Assembly (NCBI GenBank): GCA_951406725.2
Contig: OX597815.1
Coordinates: 50,220,001-50,284,000 of the forward strand
DNA: 64,000 nt
Direction of reading: 5' to 3'
Source: Octopus vulgaris
Lineage: Eukaryota
Every line of letters begins with the position of its first letter. Positions within the stretch are counted from its first letter, which is position 1. Both the position numbers and the translations under genes were made by a program. Under the pieces are notes generated by a model. That model was not told the DNA's origin. It searched no databases and saw nothing but the letters and a program-made list of their open reading frames with translations. This document shows, piece after piece, positions 13,219 to 24,740 of this stretch.

Positions 13219-14777
13219 GCACACTCACACTGTTGTTGTTGCTGAAACAACTACAATAATTTTTCCCTTTCATCTATTTGTAGAGATCATAAAACAAATA
13301 GCTATATATTAATTTCAAAATTTCAAAAAGATCTAAAATGATACCTTTATGTGACTACAAGTACAGGAAGGAGGGGGAAGAGCTTACAAAAATCGTTTTT
13401 TCCTATTGAAAATTGTATCTCTTTCATTTTCACTCATGGCCATCAGGGATTTTTATTTGATATTTTCAGAAAGCAATGATTCTGAAGTGAAAATCAAGTT
13501 TAAATGATGACTGCCAGAGGGTAAGATTTCAAAATAGGCTGTTTCAATGCTTCAATTTTTCTTGATATGCAATTGTTTTTCTGCATTAATGTTGCTTTGT
13601 ATATTACATACTAAGTAAAGTATTGTTTTAGCTACAAATGTAGCCAATATGTGCTTATATTAGTATTACTATTTGGTAAAGTTCAAAACTAAAACTGAAG
13701 ATTTAATGTTTGGCAGAGTAGAATTTACAAGCTAAAGGTTCACAAAACTAACATAGCTGATAGTCATAATCATCAGTGTTGTATATAACATTGTATTTAT
13801 TTTTGTGGCTGTAGTTATTGTCATTATCAATGGCATACAATATACCATATCATTACAATCATTATGAATATGATTAAATTTAGCATTACCATTATTGTCA
13901 CCAAAACTATTTCTCTTCTCCATCACAATATCACAATGTTCATTATTTCCATTCTAATCAAATCAGATTGTCTCTCATTTTTCACTCCCAAAAACATCCT
14001 ATTTTCCATTTTTTCTTTTTCTTTTTTTTTTTTTTGTTGTACATTCTCCTAATTATTCAACATTGACATGAAGTGGTAGTCATTAAGCAGCTAACAATGA
14101 AATTTCCTATACATTTCAACTTAAAACATTATTATTTTTGAAACAGAGAAAAATTCTTGCTGTTACTTTTCAGAAAATATGTAATGATGAAATATAATAC
14201 TCTTCCCGATTGCATTGCAGCTCAGTTTTGTAACTGCATTTAATGTGTATTCTTATCTGAACCTTATTCCAGCTGGGGGTTGATTACACTTATATGGGAA
14301 TCACTCTGCTTCAGGGCATTCTGTTCCAGCATCTTACTAGCCGTCTTCCCTGCCAACAATCAAACTACCATTCATCCATATTATCTGAATAGGCTAAAAA
14401 CTTCCACTCTCTATACCTAAGACATTTTTGTCTCCCCAAATGTTTGAATTAAGGATTCTTAAAGATGCCTCAAGAAAAAATTCCCTTCTCATTTTGTTAT
14501 ATTATAGCCCCTGTGGGCCCTATTTTTTTTTTATTATTATTTATAAAGCAGTTTAAAAGATACAAATGCTAAAATATTTCAGAAGTTTTCTTGGAAGAAG
14601 AAGATGATCTTTTTTAATGAATTGGCCGTTGGGCAGGTGAAGTTTGAAACTGTAATTTGTTATGGCATGAAGTTTTAGCAAAAAAAGGAAATGAATTTTC
14701 ATAATGGTTACAGTAATATTATCATGAATGCAAGAAATGTTGGCATGACCATTAACCTTTACAGCATTGGAACTTAC

Positions 14778-14804
14778 CATGAATCAAGTTATTAAAGTAT
14801 TTCC
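14778..14804 (-). CDS. Candidate 27-nt microexon
   Basis: tttctttatctgcacactcactgttag|GGAAATACTTTAATAACTTGATTCATG|gtaagt; open only in phase 1 (xKYFNNLIHx). Confidence 0.3.
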
Positions 14805-15269
14805 CTAACAGTGAGTGTGCAGATAAAGAAAAAATATCACCAAGGTGGAGAAACTAATCTCGATACCACAAGCTGTCAACTGGTCTCTACATCAAAAGTA
14901 AATGTTTTTCACCAGAGCAAACTATTTAATAGAACACTTATATGTAGGGGCAACCACAGAAGTTACAAATTATTATATAAACAGAAAGTATGTTTATATT
15001 ATCACCAGCATTGTCATCGTTTTAACATTTACTTTACATGCTTGCATGGCTCAGATGAAATTTACCAGAATTTTCTACAGCCATATATTCTTCTTGTCCT
15101 CAATCCTCATCTGTTTCAAAGCAAAGTACTATTTCTCTGTGGCTAGACATGTTACTGTGGAAGATTGAAAATGAAGGACACTTTTTGTAAGATGGTGACA
15201 CTTATTTACAACTATAGTACAATGTCTGAAGGAGACAGACACATACACAATACATATATATGGTAAATC

Positions 15270-15800
15270 CCACCAAAAATGAAGAACAAACACAAGAAAA
15301 AACAACATGAGGATGTGATACATGCAAAGTATTAGCAGATGCCCAGGAAAGGAAAGAAAGGTAGTTTTACATTTCGAGCAAAGCTCTTCGTCAGGAATAG
15401 GAGACAGAGGAAGATCCAAGAGAAAAGGAAGACGGAGGAAAAGAATCGTCAACGATCTACATGTGGTTACATTTTGAAATGACTGGAAGGGAATGGGTGA
15501 AGAAAAAGCTCTTTCTAAGACAGGAGACTGTAAGAGAAGAAGGTATCTGTGCATATGTGTGGATATGTGCATACGCACAAGTCTGTGTGTATGTGTGTGT
15601 GTGTGTGTGTGTGTATTGGTGTGTGGTGTTGGCTGTTTACATGTGTGTGTATGAATGAATTTTGTGTCTCTTAATGTTGTAGGAATAATTCAGCAGCATG
15701 TTAATATAAGTGGTGGTCCATTGTCTAGTTGTTTGTCTCTTCACGTGTGCATAGAGGAATGGTCAGTAGAAAGGTGTTTGACTGGCAGTTTGAAGTATGT
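15270..15800 (-). mobile_element. Penelope-like element 3' remnant (GIY-YIG trace plus hammerhead-bearing pLTR)
   Basis: Minus strand PVKHLSTDHS resembles the GIY-YIG PVxxHF...HS motif; downstream hammerhead core. Confidence 0.65.
15364..15398 (-). ncRNA. Minimal type I hammerhead ribozyme motif
   Basis: ttc-CTGACGA-a-gagc-ttt-gctc-GAAA-tGTA-aaac: intact CUGANGA/GAAA core, 4-bp stem II, GUA cleavage triplet; stem III C>T change. Confidence 0.7.
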
Positions 15801-16259
15801 GTTTGTGTATGTATGTATATGTTGTTTGTGTATATATGTATATGTTTTGTGTGTATGCATTTCAGTTCTTGCCTACTACATACACTCACAGTTTTGGTCA
15901 GGCCTGGGTTATAGTAGAAAACACTGGCCCAAGATGCTTTGCAGTGGGACTGAACCCAAAAACCACACGACTGGAAAGCAAAGTTCTAACCATCACATCC
16001 ATGCCAGCATCTATTTATATCTTACTCATTGCCATGATCAAGCTATATCTCTTGATATTTACTTTTACAAACTGATTGTCATTGACTTTTTTGTTAATCC
16101 GTCAGATTACTGCTTCGGTGACTCATCATCAATCAAGATACCGTTACAACAAAACCACAAGCCTGCAAAATCCAAATTTCCTCACTTGGAAATTAATAAA
16201 ATTAACTTTGTCATAAAATAAAAAAGAAAATAATCAAAATGAATCCTCAAGAAGAAAGC

Positions 16260-16847
16260 TTAACCCTCTGACATTTAGATTACTGTCAAATGTAATGCTT
16301 ATATAGGATTTTTGTGCACAAAACAATAATGATTTATTTTGCCAAAATAAGCATTTCATCTCTGGACATCCGTAACATGGACGCCGGGGTGGAAGTAGCA
16401 GGGTTAGTAGTTAGACTCAAACTACGAAGGCATTTTCACAGACTCGCAACGTCGTTTGCCGTCAAAATGCCAGCTCCATGGAGCTGGTCTCAGTCGTGTC
16501 CTGTCTGGTTGGAAGCTGGGGCTGAAGAGAGAGAATAGCGGTCAAGCCTAGCTGCTGCTGATGACTGTGCATGCACATGAGGGACTTCCAGCAGGCCTTC
16601 CGGAAGACTGTTACTTGTGCATGCACAGATGAAAATCCCAAAATGGTGTCTGAAACCTGGCGTCACTACACTTATTTATTCACATTGTTCTGATTTCATC
16701 ATGCATTATCACATAGCTTCAAAATTATGATGATGTGATTGTTTATTTTTAGATGGCTTTGTAGGGTATGTGTGAGAGGCTAGATGTAGTCATTTTGAGC
16801 ATAAAATAGGTAGAATATTTTGGCTGGTTTCAATGCTAAAGGGTTAA
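16260..16847. mobile_element. piggyBac-type MITE family A, interrupted by a solo LTR
   Basis: TTAA-ccctctgacatt...aatgctaaaggg-TTAA; homologous to 3423-3648 in reverse orientation. Confidence 0.8.
16302..16670 (-). mobile_element. Solo LTR (369 bp; Gypsy-like by 4-bp TSD)
   Basis: Minus strand TGTAG...CTATA (for CTACA); CTTA TSD at 16298-16301 and 16671-16674; AATAAA near 3' end; GC-rich; empty site tgtaatgcttatttatt present in the 3423 MITE copy. Confidence 0.8.
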
Positions 16848-16974
16848 AATCTTTTTTAATAAGCTGGGCTAAGCAAGCACAACCAGCTTCAATATATATG
16901 TATATAAATATATTAATACATTATATATACATAATGTGTATATACGCAAATATATATAAGAGATATAAATATAT

Positions 16975-17210
16975 GGGCTAAGGTGTGACTGTGTGGTAAG
17001 AAGCTTGCTTCCCAACCACATTCTTCCGGATTCAGTCCCACTGCATGTCACCTTGGGCAAGTGTCTTCTACTATAGCCTTGAGCCAACGAAAGCCTTGTG
17101 AGTTGATCTAGTAGACAGAAACTGAAAGAGGCCCATTGTACATATATATACATATATATTATTATATTTATATATATAAACATAACATATATATATATAC
17201 ATATATACAT

Positions 17211-17298
<88 letters not shown>

Positions 17299-17530
17299 CG
17301 TGTGTATATCTGTCTCCCCCCACACACACACAACTATCTACCATCACCTGAAGCCCAATATTGATGTGTTTGCCTCTCTGTAACTTAGCAGTCTGGCAAA
17401 AGGGACCAATAGAATAAGTACTAGGTTTATGAAGAATAAGTCCTGGGGTTGATTTCTTTGACTAAAAGCCCTTTAAGGTGTTGCTCCAGTATGGCCGCAG
17501 TCAAATGACTGAAACAAGTAAAAGAATAAA
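16975..17530 (+). mobile_element. Dominant tRNA/CORE-type SINE with expanded internal microsatellite
   Basis: Head tgtgtggtaagaagcttgcttcccaaccac...ttcagtcccactg, CORE-like ccttgggcaagtgtcttctac, ~190-bp TA/GA repeat, conserved tail. Confidence 0.9.
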
Positions 17531-17759
17531 CTATTGTTTTCTATAATGTTAACAATTTACATAGATAACAGTCACTATCTTCACTTAGTCCTTCATCATT
17601 ATTTGTTTGATTTATTAGTTACCAGGAAAAGCAATTCAACATATCCATACACTAAACCTTCTCAAAATATTATTTAATTTTTAATGACAAAATTAATTGA
17701 TATGAACTCATTAAAATTCTCATTTATTTTTCATTTTATTTTTTTTATAACAATTTTTA

Positions 17760-17945
17760 CTTTTTACTTGTTTCAGCCCCATGGAATGCAGCCAGCCATG
17801 CAAAGGCACCACTTGGAAGGATTTTAGTTGAATGGATTAACTCCAGTGCTTATTTTTTGTCTGGTACTTATGCCATAAGTCTCTTTTGCCAAACTAAGTT
17901 ATTGGAATATAAACAAACAAACACCAGTTGTCAAACAGTGAAGGA
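17760..17945 (-). mobile_element. Dominant SINE 3' half
   Basis: Reverse complement of the SINE tail. Confidence 0.75.
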
Positions 17946-17959
17946 GTTAAACCCGACTT

Positions 17960-18325
17960 TGTGATAAGAAGCTTGCTTCCCAGCCACATGGTTTCAGGTT
18001 CAGTCTCACTGTGAGACACTATGAGCAAGTGTCTTCTACTATAGCCTCAGGCCAACCAAAGCCTTGTGAGTGGATTTAGTAGATGGAAACTGAAAGAAGC
18101 ATGTTGTATAAATATATATGTATATGTTTGTGTGTCGGCATTTGTCCCCTCCCACCATCACTTGACAACCAACAGTGGTGTGCTTATGTCTCTGTAACTT
18201 AGCCATTCGACAAAAGAGACCAATAAATATTAAGCTTACAAAAAATAAGTCCTGGGGTAGATTTGTTCAACTAAAGGTAGTGCTCCAGCATGGCTGCAGT
18301 CAACTGACTGAAACAAATAAAAGAA
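17960..18325 (+). mobile_element. Dominant SINE, near full length
   Basis: Same head, core and tail as 19180-19606. Confidence 0.88.
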
Positions 18326-18560
18326 TATATATATATAATTAGAAGAAAAAAAGGGATTAAAAATTCAGGCAGATATCAATAAGGCACTCAGTTTTAAAAG
18401 AATTTGTTTAACAATATTCAACAATTAGACACCAGTAAATGTAAGTAGACTCTACATCCAAGGTAAATCCTCATGCAAGACAGGTAAATCCAAATATCCT
18501 TTGGTAGAATTTCGAGAAATTCAGAGTATTTGACAATAAAAAAAAATACACTTAGAGAGA

Positions 18561-18596
<36 letters not shown>

Positions 18597-18614
18597 ACAC
18601 ACACATACATATAT

Positions 18615-18778
18615 GATGGGCTTCCACACAGTTTCTATATATCAAATTCACTCATAAGATATTAGATAGGCTTGGGATATAGTAGAAAACATTTGCCGAA
18701 GGTATCATGCAATGATACTGAACTCAAATCCATGTGGTTGCAAAGCATGTTTCTTAACCACACAGCCATACCTGCACC
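18615..18778 (-). mobile_element. Dominant SINE 5' half (older subfamily)
   Basis: Reverse complement of head and CORE region. Confidence 0.75.
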
Positions 18779-18804
18779 AATAACCATGAGTGTGCTTATA
18801 GCCA

Positions 18805-18855
<51 letters not shown>

Positions 18856-19179
18856 CGGGCAATGTCAGCTTTGCCTTACATTCTATGGGGGTCATTGGCA
18901 TGGACTAACTATACTTTAGTATAGCAATCTGGTGAGAGTAGTAAGTCAAAAACATTGACGTCAGTACTTAACTAGTACTTCAATTGATCAACCTAAAAAG
19001 GATGAAAAGGATGCAAACAAACCAACAAAAAGACATACACACACAGCAAGCTTCTTTTAGTTTCCACCTATCAAATCCATCCATAAGGCTTTGGCTGGCC
19101 CAGGCCTATAGTAGAAGGCACTTATAAAAAGTTTATATTTTGATTGATGCTACATCTAAAAAACAAATTAACTTACATA

Positions 19180-19606
19180 GGCGTAGGAGTGGCTGTGTGG
19201 TAAGTAGCTTGCTTACCAGCCACATGGTTCCAAGTTCAGTCCCACTGCATGACACCTTGACCAAGTATCTTCTACTATAGCTTCAGGCCGACCAAAGCCT
19301 TGTGAGTGGATTTTGTAGATGGAAACTGAAAGAAGCTCATCGTATATATGTGTGTATATATATATATGTATGTGTGTGTATATGTTTGTGTGTCTGTGTT
19401 TGTCCCCCCCCCCCCACCCAACATCGCTTGACAACCGATGCTGGTGTGTTTACATCCCCATAACTTAGCGGCTTGGCAAAAGAGACCAATAGAATAAGTA
19501 CTTGGCTTACAAAGAATAAGTCCTGGGGTCGATTTGCTCGACTAAAGCCGGTGCTCCAGCATGGCCACAATCAAATGACTGAAACAAGTAAAAAGAGTAA
19601 AAAGAG
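19180..19606 (+). mobile_element. Dominant tRNA/CORE-type octopus SINE, full length and young
   Basis: ggcgtaggagtggctgtgtggtaagtagcttgc...gaaacaagtaaaaagagtaaaaagag; short TSD-like ttacat on both sides. Confidence 0.92.
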
Positions 19607-19699
19607 TTACATCATTAGATTTGAGCTCAGAAACTGGCATAGAGTAAATATCTTGAGATATCTAAAGATACTGTTTAGAACACCTAAAAAAATTATATT

Positions 19700-19925
19700 T
19701 ATCCACATATCTCTGTCGAAATACAAGTACATTGAGCCTGTTCCAATTAATTTTCAAAATAATAAAGAATTAAGTATGATAACTTTGTTAGTATTAAGCC
19801 AGTGTTTAGAATATAAATTAACAGGAAATTATGATGCAACGTTTTAACTTAGATCACGTTGAAACAGGAAGTTTGTATCATAGAGCAAATAGCAGTATCA
19901 GGCAGGTTGGTATCAACAAGGTTAA
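19700..19925. mobile_element. piggyBac-type MITE, family B (decayed)
   Basis: Ends ...ggtatcaacaaggTTAA; reverse-homologous to 27405-27619. Confidence 0.6.
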
Positions 19926-22534
19926 ACTTAAGTAGTATTTAAATCATGAATTTTGACAGTGCTAGAAATAGAGCTTAAAGGTTTCAGTGAAGTGTGTGTA
20001 TGAGAAAGAGAGAGTGGCCGTGTTTGTTTAAGAGAGACAGACAGACAGAGAAACAGAAAGAAAGAGATGCAGATAGACAGACAGATAGACAGAGCTGTCT
20101 CTCAAGACTAAACTGAAAGCATTACATAGATTCTCTGTATGTCAACTCAGTAACTCCTATTAGGAAATATTCTTTCAGTGGTTGGATGCTGACATTTTTG
20201 ACATTCATATTTAAGAGAGCAATTAGAATCCACTCCGTAGCTCAGATTATAAACATGACAAAAGAAAACGAAATAAGAAATTAAAAATTGATAAAGGATG
20301 AAATAAAACTATATTTTTTCCTAAATTTCTTATTTTCCCTCTTTCTGTCATACATGTTTTATTTATTTTTTGTATATCTTATGAAAATGCTGCAGCTTTT
20401 TCATGTTATGGGGAAGATATTATATTTTATATTCTTATGGAGATGAAACCAAGGGGGCGTGAAATACTTAAATAATAAAAATACAGAAATGTAAATAGAA
20501 ATACACACATATAAATATGAATATCCATATATGTATGTGCATACATACATGAATGTATATTTTATGTGTGTACATGAACATATTTTTTTTTAAATCCTAT
20601 TTATCTCTTGATTTATGAATCAATAAAATGACAAACCAACTGTGAAAAACATAAATAAAAGAGGGAAAAACAATTCAAAAAGAATGAGTTTATGTCTATC
20701 TGTTTAGTATATGTGAAGAATATGTAAGTATCAGTATCTGCCTATACAAATGTATATAAGTGTGTGCATGAGTAAAAGACGGAACTAAATCGACTTTTCA
20801 TTGAACAACAGCTGAAGAAGTCTTGATAGCTCAATCTCTGCTGCTCCTTCCATTAGAAAAACTTCATTTATGCTGTTTTAGGCAACACAATCACAGAGAA
20901 ACTATCTGCCTGCACACATCCGTTGACAAAGGGAACAAAATCAAGGGAATATCTTTCTTGTAGCATTCACATTTATTTCTCTTTCATTTTGTTGTTTTCT
21001 TTATTTAATTTTGTTGGAGATAAAATAAAAATTACTTTCTCCATTTTGTTTTCCTTCAAAAAGATTTTTTTTTCTTTTCTTATAGATGCATGTTATTTTA
21101 TTTCCCAGTAAATTTCCATTTTTATCCTTTTTGTTGTTTGTTTAGTATATTGAAAACTTTCATAGATTTAAGAACATAAAGACATTGTATATGACACTAA
21201 GACATTAAAGATTTGTGTGTATCATCGACAAGAAGTCAGATAAAATTATGTATCAAGGATATAAAACATTGTAAGATAACATGACCGAGAACAAACAGTT
21301 CTATTGTAATTCTTTCTTTTGGGTTTTCTTTATATATGTATATATTTATATTTTTTTAAGAAAAAGAAATATTTCTACACATGAGTAGAAGTTTAATATT
21401 TGATTCTTTAGTTGGATTCTTGATTTATCTTTTGTATAATTTGAATGTTTTAATATGTATGTCTCTTTTAAAATCTTCCATCCCTTAAGATGTACATGAA
21501 AAAATAAATCAATAAGAAAATGAAGAAATAAAATTAGCTGTTATAGATTTGAATAAAACCCATAATATTTGACAGGAATTATCTTCAGAGATTTATTCTC
21601 AAAACTGAAGCTTTATATCTGTGGACATGCTAGATAATCCAGTTTCCTTTTATCTGTTCAAAGCCTGTATTTGAAACTGTCTCGCTACATTAATTTAGAA
21701 TTTCAATTTGAAAAATGTAGTTGAGATGATTTTTACTGGATTTTGTAAGGCAACACTTATAAAATTATAAGCATAGCCAACTGGTTGAAATACTATTGTT
21801 GTTATTATTGTTTAGCTTTGGGTCAATACTGGCTAAGCAAATCCAAGATCAAAATAATTCCAGCCATGACCATCCCTTCTTTTTCCTATTTGTAGGAAGA
21901 GTAGGAGCTCATTACACAATATGTGCGGTTCTTTTAAGACAGTAGAGTGTAATTTGAGAAAGATTTAGATGCTGTTTCTATGTAGCTTGAATGATTACAT
22001 GGAGGCTAATTCATTGGCACATGGTTGGACAGAGGTGGTTAGTTATTCATTTATTTACTGCTCCTTATTAATTACAGGAGTGACTGAAATAAAAATGCAT
22101 CATTATCATTGTTTCAACATCTACTTTTTCATGCTTACATGAGACTAACAGAATTTATTGAGACAGATTTGTTATGGCCTAATGCACTCCCTGTCACCAA
22201 CCCCGGCCTGTTACCAAGCAATATAATATTTCTCCATGACCAGACATATTTCTGTAGGATATTGTATAAAAACTATAAATTACTTTCAGTTTCCATCTAC
22301 CAAATCTTTTCACAAGCATTCGATCAGCCCAGGGCAAGAGTAGAAGACTCTAGTCCAAGATACCACACAGTGGGACTGAACCCCAAAACCACATGGCTGG
22401 GAAGCAAACTTCCAGCCATACAGCCACCCCTGCAAACCAATTACTCAAGCCTAACCATAGGAAACAATATCTAAAAGAGAAATTCCTAATTACATATACC
22501 AATGCTTTTGATACTCTGTACTTAGTTCTTACAT

Positions 22535-22838
22535 GGAGGCACTTGGCCTAGTGGTTAGAGCAGTGGACTCATGGTTGAGGGATCGCAGGTTCGAATCTCA
22601 GACCAGGCGATGTGTGTGTTTATGTGTGAAACAACTAAGCTCCTCGCAGCTCTGGCAGAAGGTAATGGCAAACCTCTGCTGACTCTTTCACTACAACTTT
22701 CTCTCACTCTTTTCTCTTCCATTTTGCAGCTCACCTGTGATGGACCAGTGTCCCATCCAGGTGGAGAACCTATACACCAAGGAAACTTGGAAACCAGCCC
22801 TTATGAGCCAGGCATGGCTCGAGAAGGAACAAACAAAA
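22535..22838 (+). mobile_element. tRNA-derived SINE with Meta-like central domain
   Basis: A box tggcctagtgg, B box ggttcgaatct, gcagaaggtaatggcaaacc (Meta-like), tail gatggaccagtgtcccatccagg...gagaaggaac(aaac)n; truncated copy at 42058-42235. Confidence 0.8.
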
Positions 22839-23464
22839 CTTAGTTCTTACAATCACCAATTAACCTCTTCATGTAGGAATGTTGCTTCCAAAGAATTTTT
22901 TTCTATCTTGTTTAAGATTTGCTTTTCATCTACTTAAGTTCTGAAACATGAACTGAACACTAACTCTCAAAACTGACTTGAGAATTAGGAATATCTTACT
23001 TTACTGTTACTATGAACTGAAATAAAGTGGCATAATGGCATTTAAAAAATATTCTATGTAGCATTGGGGCAGACATGGCTGTGTGGTCAAAAAGCTCGCT
23101 TTGCAATCATGTGATCTCAGGTACACTCCCACTGGTAGCACCTTGCACAAGTATCTTCAACTAGAGCTGTCAGTTGACTAATGTCTTGTGAGTAAATTTG
23201 GTAGACAAAAATTACTCATAAAAGATATGAAATAAAGATACATCCAGAATTGAGAACAACTTGAAACAATTTCCATTTTTATTTCATTAAAAATCTTAAT
23301 CTTCACACTTTCATGGAGTACTTTGACAGTTATATCATATCGATCTTTCTTTGTTGATCCACTAAGCTGCAGGACACAAACAGAGACTGTCTTTTCAGGC
23401 AGTCTCAACTTAATGACAAACACATACAAGCATACACATACATGCACATACAGAAAAACACACA

Positions 23465-23626
23465 AACATCAGGTGTGGTTGTGTAGTAAGAAGCTTGCTT
23501 CCCAAACACATGGTTCCAGGTTCAGTTTCACGGTGCAGCACCTTGGGCTAGTGTCTTCTACAATAGCCTTGGGTCGACCAAAGCCTTGTGAGTGGATTTG
23601 GAAGCTGGAAAATGGAAGAAGCCCAT

Positions 23627-23657
<31 letters not shown>

Positions 23658-23868
23658 CTTTATGTCAGTGTTTTCCCACCATCACCACCATTTGACAACT
23701 AATGTTGGTGTGTTTAAATACTCATAACTGAGCAGGTCAGCAAAACAGTCTGATAGAATAAGTACTAAGCTTAAGAAATCAAGTCTTTAGGTCAAATTGT
23801 TCAACTAAAAATCCCTTCAAGGCAGTGCTCCAGCATGGCCGCAGTCAAATGACTGAAACAAGTAAAAG
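23465..23868 (+). mobile_element. Dominant SINE
   Basis: Head, CORE, (TG)n and tail all present. Confidence 0.85.
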
Positions 23869-24336
23869 TTGTATACACATGAGTGCACATGCAACATGAT
23901 GCATTTAAGTTTCCATCTGTCAGTTTCACTTTCAAGACATTGGTAAGCCCAAGGCTAGAATAATAGGCACTTATCCGAGATGCCAATTGATAAGATTGAA
24001 CCTAAAAACCATACAATTGTGACACAAATTCTTAGCCTTACACCTGGCTTTAAACATAAATCACTTCATCTCACAAGTGTCAATAAATGCATATATTTCC
24101 CTCTTGTATATACACTTTTACACTGTTACTTGTTTCAATCATTGGACTGCAGCCATGGTGGGCACCATCTGGAAAAGTTAATCATCTCCATAATTTCCTG
24201 TAATCATTCCAAATTATTCTCTTTTTGCAAGGATCACTCAATTTGTTTAACATTTTGATACCTTCATTACATTTTAAATGCCATTATTTAGTAAATATTA
24301 ACAATATATATTAACATATATATATATATATATATA

Positions 24337-24507
24337 GGCGTAGGAGTGGCTATGTGGTAAGTAGCTTGCTTATGAACTACATGGTTCCGGGTTCAGTCCT
24401 ACTGCGTGGCACTTTGGGCAAGTGTCTTCTACTATTGCCTCAGACCAACCAAAACCTTACGAGTGGATTTGGTAGATAGAAACTGAAAGAAGCCCATCGT
24501 ATGTATA

Positions 24508-24557
<50 letters not shown>

Positions 24558-24740
24558 CTCTTGACAACTGATGCTGGTGTGTTTACGTCCCCGTAACTTA
24601 GCAGTTTGGCAAAAGAGAGCGATAGAATAAGTACTTGGCTTACAAAGAATAAGTCCTGGGGTCAATGTGCTCGACTAAAGGCAGTGCTCCAGCATGGCCA
24701 CAGTCAAATGACTGAAACAAGTAAAAAAGTAAAAGAGTAA
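24337..24740 (+). mobile_element. Dominant SINE, full length, inserted in (TA)n
   Basis: Closely matches 19180-19606. Confidence 0.92.

Noticed and set aside
22535-22610. Apparent tRNA gene
   Set aside because: It is a SINE head continuing into a repeat body; no intact acceptor stem or terminator.
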